A DNA stretch of 64,000 nt from Chrysomallon squamiferum (GCA_012295275.1 CM022665.1:42098001-42162000), one strand, 5' to 3'. Counted from the first letter of the stretch, positions 1 to 15,003 are shown. Numbers and translations are program-made. Notes: a model not told the origin generated them from the letters alone.

Positions 1-342
1 CTTTAATATTTCTATTGTATGAACACGGAATTTTTAATTATTATTTTTTTAACTGTATAAGTACTTCCTGTATCAGTAGCAGATAAAATTAAGTTAAGAT
101 GACCTCTATTAAGTCAAGAACACCTTGGTAAACTGATTTTAATTCTGTATAATCTCCTTACCTATTAACTCTAATCATTTATGAGTAGACATGAAGCTGG
201 TTCAAGGTATATGTCGTGCAGGTCGCAGGATCAACACTGGATTGTCCTACATAATTATGTATTTGTATAATGTGCTGCAAAATGAAATAGAAAAAAAAGC
301 GACGGAAATGTTATTTTACAGTTTGAATGTAAATTCATGTAG

Positions 343-537
343 TTCTGGTTTGGCGACACGATCCTGATACCTACCACACTAAAGACTGGTGGTGGTTTAA
401 CCCGCGATGAAAGTGAGATTTATCTAATACCAGTGATGTTTAATAAAATGGATTACAAAGATGGAACAGTACTGTTGACACTCGATTTCACGAACTTTGG
501 TCTTATAACTTTCGGAAAACTGAGACCAAAAGTTTGA
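343..537 (+). CDS. Candidate terminal exon or coding remnant of unknown origin (FWFGDTILIPTTLKTGGGLTRDESEIY...GKLRPKV*)
   Basis: 64 stop-free, complex codons after tcatgtag|, TGA at 535-537, AATAAA at 698. No family recognised. Confidence 0.25.
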   Translation, partial: FWFGDTILIPTTLKTGGGLTRDESEIYLIPVMFNKMDYKDGTVLLTLDFTNFGLITFGKLRPKV

Positions 538-1536
538 AAAACGCTCAAAATTTGAAGTTACCGTCATTTCCCGTCTGTAAATTTATCTCTTAAGTTATTC
601 TGTGTCCCCACTATACGTTCAAGGCAGCCCTCTCTCAACCCATTTTCCATCAAAGTAAGAGTAAATTTTACAACTGCTCCCATAATCATCCAAAACGAAT
701 AAACTTCAGACAGCCTAGCCTACATTTCTCTATTTTACGTATACGGTGTGACATATTTTTTTTTGCACTATGTCTGTATATTGTTTTTACATTACTATAT
801 TACTTATTATACCGCTGTTACATCTACAAAAGTTTAAACGTTTCGGTGTATTTTAGAGTTAATGTTTCCATTCGCGATTTCCCAGACTTTTTGCATTTTT
901 CGGACCGATTCTTCACACTATTTGTCCGTGAAATAGAGTTTGAAAATTAACCCTGTTATTTCATAGCTACATATTAATTATATGTAGATGGCGTTATCGC
1001 GAATCGATCCTGGTACCTGACACTCGTGGGGCAGACGATTTTACCATAACGATTTAGGAAATGCAACGATGCATTGCTGTCAAAAAGGCTGAGAATGCGA
1101 GCCGTGTGTATATAAATCTCACTACCAATAAATAAACTGATACAGCAGAGTTTTTTGGGTGTTTTGTAAACGCTAGAAAAACGTTGACATATGAACACAG
1201 TAGCATGGCTATTCACGATAACAAAGAAACGACTACTGATACCAAAAAATAAGAATGCTAAGGTTAAACCAAACGATAATTCACAGTCTTGATTAACGAC
1301 AGGGTAACAGCCTAAGACGACGTTTTACAAAGAAGGTGATAAGTAAACAGATTGTCTGACCTTGTACAGCAGGTAAGGCCAATAAACGAATGACCATGTG
1401 TAATGAATGGGATTAAGAAATTGATTCCTTATTAAGAATGATATATTGTGCTTAGTGTATAATCGTAAAAGATGTTTTTAAATATATATTTATATCAATG
1501 TAAATATATGTGTATTCGGTACAAACTACATCCTTT

Positions 1537-1582
<46 letters not shown>

Positions 1583-2887
1583 AACACATACATACGTACC
1601 TAGGTACTTACATCAGTACGTCAAAACATGCCTACAAACCTACGTTTACATTCTCGGCTATGCGCAAACTTTAGTTTTGTTCTTTAACTGCTACTGATAC
1701 CAAAGTTGTTTTTTTTTTTTGTCATATCATTATTACAATTACTGCTGCTGCTACTGTTACTACTAACAATAATTCTGCTGCTACTACTATTACCGCTTCA
1801 CACCTGTTATTACTTCACTGGTAGTTGTTTGTTTTTTTTTTTCTAATTACGTGTATTCGACTTTTACAAATGATCAGATCTGTAATTTTGACCATTTAGT
1901 GTTTAAACTTCTCACTTCCATGTAATTATTTGCTAATCAGTCTGCACTCTGTTTTCGGGCCTCTTAATTTGAAATCAGCGGCGTTTCTAATAGAGTATCA
2001 AATTACACGTATTTATGTGGCAGTCCTCACACAGAGCACTGAGTGGCAGTCCTCTTGGTTAAAGACATAACGGGTATTAACATCATAAACCTAACAATTA
2101 TTACGTTCGACCTCTGATTAATTCGTAACTGTCGTTACATTATTATTCTAAATAATACAGCTTATCCACTATTTGTCGGGACTTTGATGGGTAAAAAAAC
2201 GTAAAACGTAAACGGGTGGTAAATGTTTTATTGTGCGTAAAGTTATCAAACGAGCCGACCACTACAACGACCTACGCGACCCCAACAAGTTTTTCAAGAT
2301 AAATAATTCTTACGCTATAACCGTCCGATTATTAAAAAAAAAAAAAAAAAAAAACCCACCTCGATGATATGCACTGCTTGACTATAATAAACAAACAAAA
2401 TTAAAAACATTTATATTTAAGTATAGTTTTTGATGACTGTGAATTTTAATTTTTTTTTTTTTTTTTTTTTTTTTTTCGACTTCAGAAAACCAAGCGTCGG
2501 GGAGGTGGAAAATGTCTAATCGTGTGATTGTCTGCCTCTTTTCCTGTTTATACATGACGAACAGTTTATGAGAAAATTAGATGTGAAATATAAACATAAA
2601 TTTAATAGGTAATAAAGCGATTATCAAAAGGCCACGTATTGTAGACGTTGAAATTGGTTTGTCCGTTTGATAACTTCTTGCATGTTGACTAGACATGACC
2701 AAATTTGGTTTACGGATTTTCTTTTAAGTCAAGATCTTTTAAAGATTAGTTTGCTCAGTGTCTGTTTCTAAAAAAATTTTATTTTTTATTTTTTTTTTAG
2801 AAATAAAGTACATAAAAAGCAAAACGCGTGTTTTGTGTTGATGTTGTTTTTTTTTTGTGTTGCTTTTTTTTATGTTTGTCTAGTTGG

Positions 2888-2918
<31 letters not shown>

Positions 2919-3884
2919 CTTCTTTTTGCTTGTTTTTTTTTTTTGTTCTTTTTGTTGTTGAGAAAATATTTATAGAGAAAAATAATTATATCATTAATTT
3001 AAAATATTACAAATACAACACAAAACATTGTAAACACGATTTTCGTCAAGACCTAATCCAGATACATAATCTACATATTCAAAACTGCGTTCGACAGTAA
3101 AGAGAATTGATGAATTAATAACAAAAGATGGTAACGTACTGGGGGGGTCTTACACATGAGCTATAAGCTGGCCGAGAAGCGATCCCAGGCACTACTGGTC
3201 GTAAACACTATGGCATTAACCACATCACAGTCCTTCCTAGTCCGAGTAACACAGTAATCGTCAGGGTATCAGATTGACGAATTGCGTCAGTTAAAACAGT
3301 GTGATACTTTCTTTCTTCTCTCTGCACAGTTTACTTAGGGCTGTGACAACACATAAATGTTCGAGTAACATGATCAGTGGACAAAACCAAATACCTGCAC
3401 TTTTAAGACAGTTCACGGCTGTAAATTAGACTTGTTTTCTTCACCTTGATAGTCGTACGATTGCATGGGATGTGTTTACAGAATGTGACACGCGTAAAAC
3501 AAGATGATGATCACCTATTGACCGGAATGGGTAACAAAAAAAAAAAAAACACACCCCAAAACAGAGGTATTTAATATTGAGATGTGTTCTATATCACGTC
3601 TCCATATATATTATTACACACATACATATTTTCTGACAGGGAGCCATATATACGAACATACGTATGCGTACATATATAAATGCATACGTATGTAGGTATA
3701 AAACGTACATTGATATATACATTCATAGATATATGTACACGAATACACACACACTCACACACACACACACACACACAAAGAGATAAACCATACAACCCGT
3801 ACGTTTTCTTCCAGAGAAAAAGAAAGAAAGAGCATTAATCAGATCGGGAAAAAAAGAAAGTGAAGAAGCATAATAAGTGTGTGT

Positions 3885-3885
<1 letters not shown>

Positions 3886-3961
<76 letters not shown>
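3886..3961. repeat. (AG)n microsatellite (others at about 7561, 9958, 10364, 12098, 13881, 19883, 21580, 21797, 22915, 24394, 56438)
   Basis: Direct reading. Confidence 0.98.
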
Positions 3962-3967
<6 letters not shown>

Positions 3968-4818
3968 GAGAGAGAAGAAGAAGAAGAAGGAGTTTTAAGA
4001 TAAAGATATTTAACGTCTCATTTACTCAACTTGCGTCCAACTTTCCCTTTCATCCACTTGAAACCTGTCACTCCCACGAGAAACTAAACATTTCCCTTAA
4101 GATCGCTATTAAGAGGTGCAAGTATTCCATTCACTCGTTGCTTCATTACCCTGTAAATATTAATAAGCAGACTCGACTGCCGCGTGGTGTGAAAAACATA
4201 AATTTCATCGTGTCTTTGCGAAAGAGCTGACACTTATTATTTAACGGAGCGTCTACACAAAGCAGTTTCGTCACTGGCTGAAGACCACGAACGTGTTACG
4301 CACACCATCAGCAATAACAAACCCTCTGGATGCTCAGCAGAAGAAGCCCAATTTTAATACCTTTAGAATAGTTTCATTGTGATGTCTTCATTGCTCCTTT
4401 TTTCATGCTGGGTGAATGCAGTACGGGTGAATGCAGAAGGGATGTGCAATGAACAAAAAAAAAAAAAAAAAAACGTCACACTGAGCGATGTAGTAATTTA
4501 TGTAAGTTTTATGATAATGGGGTGATAAACGGTGAAAACGTCTTCTGTGAATCTGTTTATATTTGTGGAGGTCGCTGTATGTCTCATTCTTTTCTGTGTA
4601 GTCTTCGTTGGATTTTTCTTAATGTCGTTTTTACGTTAGGTAACTAGGAATTTAGACGAGTAAGAATAAGAAAGGAAACAAAGATTAGAGATTACAGATG
4701 TGTTCTGACACAGGAATCATGTGCTCTTTATAGTGTATTGAAAATATAATACATTGACAAATATTTGAAAAGAAGGCAAAAATAAATTTAAACACTGCTC
4801 GAAAAACAGATTATGAGG

Positions 4819-4849
<31 letters not shown>

Positions 4850-6129
4850 ACCTTCAAAACAAATAAATTAATTAATAAATATTTCGTTTCACTAAAACAA
4901 AAATGGCGATATTTGTTTTGGCCTGAGTAAAAAAACAAACAAAAGTCATTCCGTAAACGTACATTACGGAAACACAGTTTATATCACCTTTTTCTTTTTT
5001 TTTTTTTTTCTTTTTTCTTTTTCTTATCTTCCTTTCAACAGTGTGTAGTGTGGATTAAATATCGTGTTCAGCAAGGCTATCACTAAAACAGTTCAACATT
5101 TCAGAGGATACCATTGCAGACCTACAACTGCGATTAGAATTTAATTTCATTTTAATGTTTCTTCATTTTACTGTGGTAAAGACAGTACAACATCAAAAGA
5201 AATATTATAGCTGTATATTTTCAGTTGACAAGAATTTTTTTTTTTTTTTTTTTTAAAGGCTTTGATGATTAAAGTGATGGTTTGCCGTGCAGAAAGTAAC
5301 TGAGCAGAAATGAGATGTATATTTTATCTTTGTTTTTCATTAAATCTTTGTTCGTGTGATGCTAGACAGATGGGGACACAGGTATTGGTATATGTATCAT
5401 TATTAGCTTTATACTTGTTAGGTAGCGTTACCAAAGGACAGTAAAGAAATGGAACGGATCATTATAGTGTCTGTTTGGAGGTTTATTCTTCTGTTTTATA
5501 ACCTCTGAAGGATGTTGTAGTTGAATTAGTGAGCATTAATCACGGATGCTGCTGCTGATGATGATGATGATTAAATGTATTATGAGTGTGTTGTTAAAAT
5601 AACAACAAACACTTTCACGTAAAGATTCGTATAGAAAGAAAGTATTAGTTCAATAGAGGCAAAGATGAGTGCTCATCGGTACTGTCCCTAGCCCAAGTGT
5701 ATTACGTTTCAAACTGTATCCAAAATGCGCAATAAAATAATTATTTGTTGTTGTTTGTTTTGTTTTATTTTCGTGTTGATGTTTTTTGTTTTTTTTTTTT
5801 TTTTATTTTTTATTTTTGTAGGGTGGTCTTCTTGTTTTCTTGTTTTGTTGTTCTTTTTGTCTTGTCTGCGTTGTTGTTTGTTCCTTTATTTCTTCTTTCT
5901 TTTCTTCTTTATCTTTTTGTTTCGTTCAGTATTTAATTCATCATTTAAATTCTTATAAAACATCTGAACACGGATATTTTTTAATATAGCATTTAAAACG
6001 TAGTAATATTGTTAGTGCAGTTTCTATTGACAACACCCCTAAACATTCTTTCTTTCTTTTTTTTTTCTTCTTCTTCTTCTTCTTCGTCTTCGTCTTCTTC
6101 TTCATCTTCTTCTTTTATATCGTAATTAT

Positions 6130-6420
6130 TTATAGTCGACGAAACCGTAAATGCTGTTACAGACGTGGCGGTCACGTGACCGACAGAAGCGACCTCTTGG
6201 AGAGCACGACGTACAAGCGAGATTACTGAACCTGATGTGAGATGAAATTGTCGGGTAAATACTGTCATTAATGCGACATACCGTTCCACTGATTTGTACA
6301 ACAACGCGAGAGTTTTCTTTCACGGACAGACGTAAACAATCGTCAGCAGCGGCCATTTTGTAGAAACTCCCAAGACGAACTCAGTCGTTCGTGTCATCAG
6401 TTTGCCTGTTTCTTTCACTG
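6130..6420. promoter_or_regulatory. CpG-rich promoter-like island with CLEAR/E-box palindrome and YY1 motif
   Basis: Perfect 14-bp palindrome CGGTCACGTGACCG at 6169-6182; GCGGCCATTTTG (YY1 consensus) at 6349-6360; TCAGTC/TCAGTT Inr-like words near 6381-6404; flanked by simple repeats. Confidence 0.5.
6282..6356 (-). CDS. Candidate first coding exon of an unidentified minus-strand gene (MAAADDCLRLSVKENSRVVVQISGT)
   Basis: caaaATGG start context, 25 open codons, then ACG|GTATGT donor in phase 0. Product not recognised. Confidence 0.35.
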
Positions 6421-6459
6421 GCTAATTTTAGTTTGTCAGAATAGTAATAATGAATAAAC

Positions 6460-6462
6460 TGA

Positions 6463-6494
<32 letters not shown>

Positions 6495-6909
6495 AGACTA
6501 TTACTAGAAGAAGAAGAAGTAGAAAGTAATAGGATTTGAAGTAGTAGTAGTAGTAGTATAGGCATTGAAGTACTACTAGTAGAAGTAGTCGAAGTAGTAG
6601 TAGTAATAGTAGTAGTAGGAGTTGAAATAGTAGTAGCAATAGCTGTAGTAGTAAGAGTTGTGGTAATAGGAGCTGAAGTAGTAATAGCGGTAGTAATAGC
6701 AACAGCAACAGCAGCAGCAACACAAATACTAAAAAGAGAAGAAATTATAGAAACTAATCATTTGTAGCAGTTGTTATAATAGAAGTAATAATAGTAGTTA
6801 CAGTAGTAGTAGTAGAAGCAGCAGAAATAATAATATAGTAGTTGTAGTAGTAGTAGTAGTAGCAGTAATAGTAGTAGTAGTAGTAGCAGTAGTAGTAGTA
6901 GTAGTGGTT

Positions 6910-6977
<68 letters not shown>

Positions 6978-7010
6978 TGTAGTAGTAGAAGAAGAAGAAG
7001 AAGAAGAAGC
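6460..7010. repeat. Compound (GAAA)n/(AGT)n/(AGC)n/(AGA)n microsatellite tract
   Basis: Direct reading; explains the poly-Leu ORFs on the minus strand. Confidence 0.95.
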
Positions 7011-7555
7011 AGATGATGTAGTGTTAAAGTATTCAAAAACGTCAGTGTTTTCATGGAATTTTTAATTAGGCGATGCCTTTTACCCTTACGTTAAAAAAAA
7101 AAAAAAAAATAAAATAATATTCTAATAAAATAAAAAAATTTTAACCCTGGATTACTACTTGCAAGCGGGTAAATAATAACAAAAGATAAGTAATACGTTT
7201 ATGGTAGTATTCATTTAAACGTTAAACTTCCACGCTAGTGCATTTTAATGTTAATTTTGTTATTATATAGCTGTCATACATTCTTCTCTGTACTGTAATC
7301 CTACAATCCATGAGAATAAATCCATGAGAATAAAGTAATTATAGACATTGTAAACAGTAAACAGATATCAAAAAAAAAAAAAAAAAAAAAAAAAAGGAAA
7401 AAAAGAAAAGTAACTAGCAGGTTTTTACTATCAGCGCACTTCGACCCTGTATGTCATCGTTGAACATCATTCATAATGCTTTGAATTGTTTGATGTCAGC
7501 AAATTAATCCCTGTATGTTATTAACAGGCTACTAAAATGTTAGCCTTTTTAATAG

Positions 7556-7642
<87 letters not shown>

Positions 7643-7724
7643 CTCTCTCATTTTTTTGTTTTAATTTCTTGATGATTTTATTTTAATAATAACGGGTAAG
7701 ATGTATAATTCAATCATTTTTTAA

Positions 7725-7885
7725 TTCACAAGAGATAAAAGAGATGATAAAACCAGCAGCCACCACTACATAGCACGTCCTTAGGTAAACTATAAATTCC
7801 TTGCTGAACTCGTAAAATTCCCGTGATGCATTAGCAAGGATTGATCCTGCGACCTCTCATGCTGCGAGCTACCGCTCAAACAAAC
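7725..7885 (-). mobile_element. Internally deleted SINE remnant, same family
   Basis: Minus-strand GGATCAATCC (7847-7838) and 3'-region-like AAACCAGCAGCCACCACTACAT. Confidence 0.35.
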
Positions 7886-8588
7886 CCATGTTAAAATACT
7901 TGCTGACTCACAACGCATAAAGCGAATGTGTTCCTCTGATAACAGCTCCAAAGTGTTGCGAGTCACTGCGATGCATGACGGTAGCATAATGGTGCTCGAG
8001 ATTTAATTCAAAATTACATGTCGTCTGCTGAGGTGAAAGGTTATCGACACAACACTTATCGTCAAGAGAGGCAAAGAAGTTTTTAGTGGATTTCTTTTTT
8101 TTTTTTTTCTTTATTCCTCGTTTTTCATCTTCTTCTTCTTCTTTTTTCTAATTTTATTTTATTTTTTAAAATATTTTTATAACGAATGTTAATCATAATT
8201 TATGTCAAGATGAATCAGGGTTTTTTAAAATACTGATTCGGCAATTTTTTTTTTTTTTTCCTTTTTCTTTTTGGCTGTCGTTATAACGAACTGTGACTGT
8301 GCGAGAGCGTCACCAAAGCTGACTTCCCTATAATGGACTTGGTATCGCCCAGGTGTCGAAGCTGACTAGTGTATGTGTGTGTGTGACGGGGATATGACGG
8401 ACTAGCCAAGCTTGTTGAAATTAAACAACATGAACTGAAAATATTTTTAAACAGATACAAATTAAACCTAAACATTAACAGTTTTGGATTATTGTGTTTA
8501 TGGGTCCTGACTGTTCATACGATATCACGTCTGTAAAACTGTTTTCTCGAGACCAAGGTTGGTACATTTTTATTTTTTTATTTAGTTT

Positions 8589-8672
<84 letters not shown>

Positions 8673-9540
8673 ATAATAATAATTATTATTATTATTGTAA
8701 TTGTAATATTAACAAAAATCGATGTTTAAAATGACGTCTGCTACCTAAACTGTTTTGTTTGTTTCCTGATATACAAATTACGGGGGGTTTTAACAAACGA
8801 GATGATATCAGTAATTATTAATCCCACTGTATTAAAGGGAGGTTTTTCTCCCCTCCCACATCGCTGTAAAACTTCCAACTGAGGAGTGTTAAATAATTAA
8901 AATATAAAATATAATAAATATTTTTTTCTTTCAAAGACGCTGATTAGAGGAATAAAGGGAAAAAAAATTATTTCTTATTTTTTTTCTTTTCTTTTTCAAT
9001 TTGTTTAGTTGATATAGATAAAATTATTTTAACTGAAAATGAAATTACGAAGTGTCACATAAACTACAACTAAAATTAATAAATTTTTTAAAATTTTAAT
9101 AAAATAGAAATAATAATAATAAATAATAATAATTACAACAACAATAACAACATAATAACTAATAACAAATAAATTGTTAAAAAATAAAAAAAACATTCTG
9201 TGCATTTTTCGTAAGTTTATAATTACAAGAATTTTGTATATATTTTTTTTTTTTTTAAACCCAGTTTTGTTACAATTTACACTGGAAAGAAAGCAATCGA
9301 AATGATTTCAGTGAAAAACAATTACATAATTGTTTATTAATGGAAAATTAATGCAAAGTATTCAGTGGACAGAGTTCGTGTTGATTTATGTCTGTCAACA
9401 TTCATGTAATGTAGCCTTTGTGACCGACGTTTAAGATTTAGAATCCTCTTAGCTTTGACTGATACTGCCTCATAGACGTTACTTGAGACATCGCCATTGT
9501 AGGTTTTATTTTATTCAGTTGTCGAGAGTTATAGTTACAG

Positions 9541-9953
9541 TTTCTTAAATATGATGATGCGTTATTAGTAGGATAGCTTTTTAAAGAACAGAAGAAAAAA
9601 AAAAGAAAAAGAATCGAGAGAGAGAGAGAGAGAAAGAGAGATAGAGACACATAAATATTTCTTAAATATGATGATAAATTATTAGTAGGATAGCTTTTTA
9701 AAGAAATGAAAAAAAGAAAATAAAAAGAATAGAGAGAAAGAGAAAGAGAAACATAGACACACAAATTTTTCTTAAATATGATGATAAATTATTAGTAAGA
9801 GAGCTTTTTAAAGAAAAGAAGAAGAAAATTAAAAAGAATAGAGAAAGAGAGAGAGAAAGAGATAGAGAGACATACAAATATTTCTTAAAAACTATTGGGA
9901 GTATAGCATTTTTAAACAAAAGAAGAAGAAAAAGAAAAAGAATAGAGATAGAC

Positions 9954-9960
<7 letters not shown>
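9541..9960. repeat. Degenerate tandem repeat, about 115-bp unit, 4 copies with embedded (AG)n
   Basis: TTTCTTAAATATGATGAT...TTATTAGTA.GA.AGCTTTTTAAAGAA at 9541, 9658 and 9768; weaker at 9881. Confidence 0.85.
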
Positions 9961-10005
<45 letters not shown>

Positions 10006-10361
10006 CATTCAAGTGACTGAGGACAAAATGATTATAATAATAGAAAAAATCCACTCAGACGATTCAGCTGACTGACTGCACACACGACAGCAATGTCTAA
10101 ACTCACGCCCATCCCACCCGTATTTAGAACTGCATGAGTAACCGCCAAATTGAAACACAGTGTCTGCGATGTAAATGTTTAAAAAATAAAAATATAAATT
10201 TATTACTCGTTACAGTAGTTATCACTACATTTCTGTAACAGATATGATCACTAGGTAGAACAGAAGATAGCTGTGGTAAAATATGATAAACTATACGCGT
10301 TATCAGCGATTCTGTTATTTAAATATTTGTAAACGTATGATTATATTTGTTCATATGTGTG

Positions 10362-10426
<65 letters not shown>

Positions 10427-12095
10427 ATTTTAACTATAACGATCATTATTCAGTCACTGGTACTTTTTTGCTCTACAGAAAATATAAGGAAAGATGTAAT
10501 TATGTTGTTTTAAAGTTGTATGTTCAAACATATAAATCAAAAGAAACTTTACTAAAACTCTCATTATAATTACATTTATTCTGCATTATAAAAAAAGGGA
10601 ATGATTTAAATTTTCATAAAAGTTAGTTATTTTTTATGTTAAATGTTTATACAGTGGTTTAATAATTAAACGTATGGTTTTAAATGCGATATGTGAACTA
10701 CAGCTCTATGTTTCGTCCAAGCAGTACATTTATTAATCCAGAAGAAAATTTCTTCAAGGCTATGGGCAATATAAAGTTTAAAAATCCCCACAAAAAGAAT
10801 GTCTGATCATGTATATCTATACCGACCACATATGCTCATCAAAAATATATTTACCAAATTATAATCTGCAACAAACATACACACATAGACACATAGACAC
10901 ACAGTTACACACAACAAACTGTACCACTTACGCATAAAAACAGAATATTACAGATTCAGTAATCAATCAAAAAAAGGGGGGAGCCATCTTTAAAGCTCTA
11001 CATTCGTAAATCTGTGAGCAAGCGAAACGGCCTTGTCAGAATGTCAGCGAAAAGCAGAATCAATATTTAAAAGACTGTAGGGCGGCTTCTGTGCCTAAGA
11101 TGACAAACTTGACAAGCATCATCGGGATGACAGGATAAACATTGGTTTCGTCGTGTTGCCGTCGTCCACAGAGAGTCCACTGTCACTTCGTGTTTGCGTG
11201 GTGATCGCGAGAGTAGGACACCATCAAAGACGCCGTCACCTTGTCTGAAAAGAAAATGATAATCAGTGGGGGCAGATGGCAATGTTTTATTTGAATGGTG
11301 ATGTTAAAGTGAACAGCGGCGTTTTGCGACCGTGATTTGTGAAGTGATAATTACTGCTAATGCGAGACATTAATGATTCGTTTTGTGGATTTTAACAACT
11401 GATTTATTGCCGTGAATTTTGAGACTGCTTTGTTCCTTTTTGTTTAGTGCCTATCTGTTTCATTAAGAGCTCATACTTGAACTTTATAACAGATTTTTTT
11501 TTGTCACGTTATTTTTTATCTATTTTTTGTGTTTTTTTTCATAACTTCTTTGTTCCATTCATACCCCTTTTTTTTCTTTTCTTTTTCTTTTTTTCTTTCT
11601 TCTTCTTCTTTTTTTTTTTTTTTTTACTTTTCTCTCCTTTAATTAATTTCTTTCGTTTTTTTTCTTGACTACATTTTTCTTTCTTTCTCTCTAAATCCAT
11701 AGTGTTGCTGTCTTTATTACGTGTATAACGTAATTTAATATTAGGTGCAAAACTCGTTATTCACATTATTTCACACTCCGCAGAATGAAATATATAGCTA
11801 GAAACCGATATGTTTCGTTTTATTCTACTTTTAATGTATCTGCCAATGTATGTCTGCTTGGCTGCATAATTATAAGTTTTACATGAATACCTGAGTGATT
11901 AGGTAATACTACACATATAAATACCTTTTGTTATATAATACTCAGTGTACTTTGTCAAGGTTTGGGAGAAGAGAAATATAAAGTCTTATACAGTCTGTGT
12001 TATTCTTGAAGGAAAATGGTTTAGACAACTGAATTTTTAAAACGTTATTTCATAATAAAAGTAAAACTTTCTTTTATATCTTAAGTCTCAGAAAA

Positions 12096-12181
<86 letters not shown>

Positions 12182-12599
12182 TCTGTGGTGTATGTATATC
12201 TGTGACTCGCGGTTTCAGAATAAATCATTACACCAAAACTAGATATTATTATTTCATATTCTGCCGTCTGTCAGCCACTGAAAACTTTATTTAATGATGA
12301 CATGAGTAAAACAACGAGTATCGTACGAAACCTTCTCATTCAACTGGCATTTGCTGTAACGCCTTTCCGACGTTTTCTTTCTTGTTTTCCCCCTAATTAT
12401 AGACAAACCACTCAACCTAGCTGTGTTGACTTTTCATTTGACGTTTACACTAAAGAAAAAGTGTATTTCTTCAACGGCCATGGAAAAAGAGACATAAGCT
12501 GAAATGGGGTTAAATGTCCATTGTTTCAGAATCTCGCAGTAACTCTTTGACCAAAGTGGTCTTGATGGATGGAAGAGTTAATACATATCATTACAACAT

Positions 12600-12700
12600 T
12601 CTGGAAATTTCTGATTCTGGACAGTACTCCACGATTTGTCAAAGGCCGTAATATTTTTTCTTTTTTGTCTTTGGTGTGATAAGGTGTATGATAAATGATA
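12600..12700 (+). mobile_element. SINE core fragment, same family
   Basis: CAGTACTCCACGA...TCAAAGGCCGT resembles the recalled Nin core. Confidence 0.4.
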
Positions 12701-13878
12701 AACAGATGCTCCGAATAATAGTTAATATTAAAATATAAGTTTTGGTATTGTCGAATGAAATTAATGTTGATCTTTTATTTCATGTTTGAAAATAATATTT
12801 TGTTAAATGTACATCTTATAAAATAAATAGAAACTTTGATAAAACAAAAATTATATATTTTATTACCATTTTAATTAAAGGATAATTTGTTTTTATTCTA
12901 GAAATTATCGCATTTTGAAATTTATTTGTCTGATCTTAAAATAACAGTTCAAGGTTCCTTGCTGTATAATTTTCATACCGTATTGCATTCTGTAATTCAT
13001 CTATGAAATTGTTTAAATATCTTGGCTTTTTGGTCACTGGCTTTGTTGTTGTTTTGGGATTTTTTTGTGTGTATTATACTGTCCATATATATATATATTA
13101 TATTATTTTAAAACGAGTGGAATTAACTACGGCGAGACGGTGCACAGTGCCAAGTTACACTGACTGTCAAAGAATGATTTACTGTCATTTCAAGCCATTA
13201 CGTTATCACAATCACCTTCAACAGGAATCCCGAGACTGATACGCTCAGAACAATAGAGTAACACCAGTCAAGCAGATACCCATCTTCTGGTTATTCCCCT
13301 TTTGTTCGCTCTTCTTTCGACGAGTGGCATTTGTTTCAGTTGGTCCCGTGACCTGTGTAAAAGCAGGTCATTATGTCAGTGGGTGTGCACAAAGATATCA
13401 GTTCAATCAGCTGTGATTAGATTTTACATTTCAGTACCCAGTAAGTTAACACACCCATTTTTTTTTTGGTCTTGAAGTGTTAGGATTGATATATATGATA
13501 TATTATGTCTGTGTGTGTGTGTGTGTGTGTGTACACAGACAGACACACACATGTATACACACACATACATACAGTTCAAGTTCATAGATGATAATTATGA
13601 AAAGAAAATGGGTGTGATATAATTCATATATATACACAATATACAATATTTTTGTCCACACACAACACACACACACACTTGTGATAACACACAGGTATTT
13701 ACACAAGCGAAACAGTTTTGATAGATGATGATTATTTGAAAAGAGAAACGCTGATGTGAATTCATACTGACAATAGTAGGTACCATTGAAATGCCTTGTG
13801 ATAACTTAAGTTATTTTTAAAATTATTGTTTTGCAACACAGTAAACGTTTAAAGAGAAGAAAGTAAACATTTAAAGAA

Positions 13879-13984
<106 letters not shown>

Positions 13985-15003
13985 GCTAACAGAAATAATA
14001 TTTAACTTTAAAGTTATCATAAATTTGTGATCTTGATGTAATAAAATAGATTATTCTACTGACATACGGGTAGTTTCAGTATTTGTGTAATTACCACAGT
14101 TTAAATTTGTTAACGCGAGAATATTTCTTGTCTGGACTTAAACGAACGAATTAAAACTGCTAACGGGTAAAATTTGTGGCTGGATCTGTCACGTGGATGT
14201 GAATAACGTCACCACGATGGTTTCGCCAACTTTAATTATGATACAAACGTTATTAACGGAAAAACGTAGAAAGCAATTTCCTGGAAAAATGTTGAAACGT
14301 TTTGTTTTTAAACATCGCTGCCATATTGTACGTTCTTTTGTTCTTGTTTTTAAATTTGGCCTAAAGTCTGCGAGCACCACACCACTGGAAACTCGAACTG
14401 CTTGGAATTATTATAAATATATTAATAATGTAAAATACGATTAAGAAAACAAATTGAAAGATCTTTATGAAAAATATCTTTAAGAATATTTTTTTAAAAC
14501 TGTTTCATAAGTATTTTTTTGCTGTATGTTATTATTATTCTGACACTTTATATAACTGGTGTGAAAATACAGTCTCCAGCAGGGCAGATGATGAATTTTA
14601 TCTGACAGTTACGAAATTCATCACACGTATTTAGCACCCTGCTGTTTTCTGTTCTACAGACATATTGTGATCTGTCACTCACATCAGCAGAGTAGCACGT
14701 GTTCCATACATCTCCTTAATTTACAGGATTACCCTTTTCACAGGGACTGCGTCTGGTCATTTAATATGTTGCCACGGGAGATAAATTACCCGTTTGCCTT
14801 TTATTGGTCGGAAACAGTTTAGTCGTCTTCTTTTCTTTTCAGTTTCTTTTTACTTCTTATTGTTCGCTCGCTTGTTAATTATTGTTATTGTTAAATTCGT
14901 TTTTTGAGGGAATATTATTTCTGTAAATTAGATGTTCAGAGATAAATGTATTTCTTAATTATCATCATCATCATCATCATCATAATCATTATTATCATCA
15001 TCA

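Noticed and set aside
2017-2054. 12-bp direct repeat GTGGCAGTCCTC (also short duplications near 4410, 7306, 29261/29423, 33080)
   Set aside because: Ordinary micro-duplications with no element between them to call target-site duplications.
3130-3250. Minus-strand tRNA-like A/B-box words (GTGGTTAA...GGGATCGCTTCTC)
   Set aside because: Too degenerate for a cloverleaf; at most another SINE head relic.
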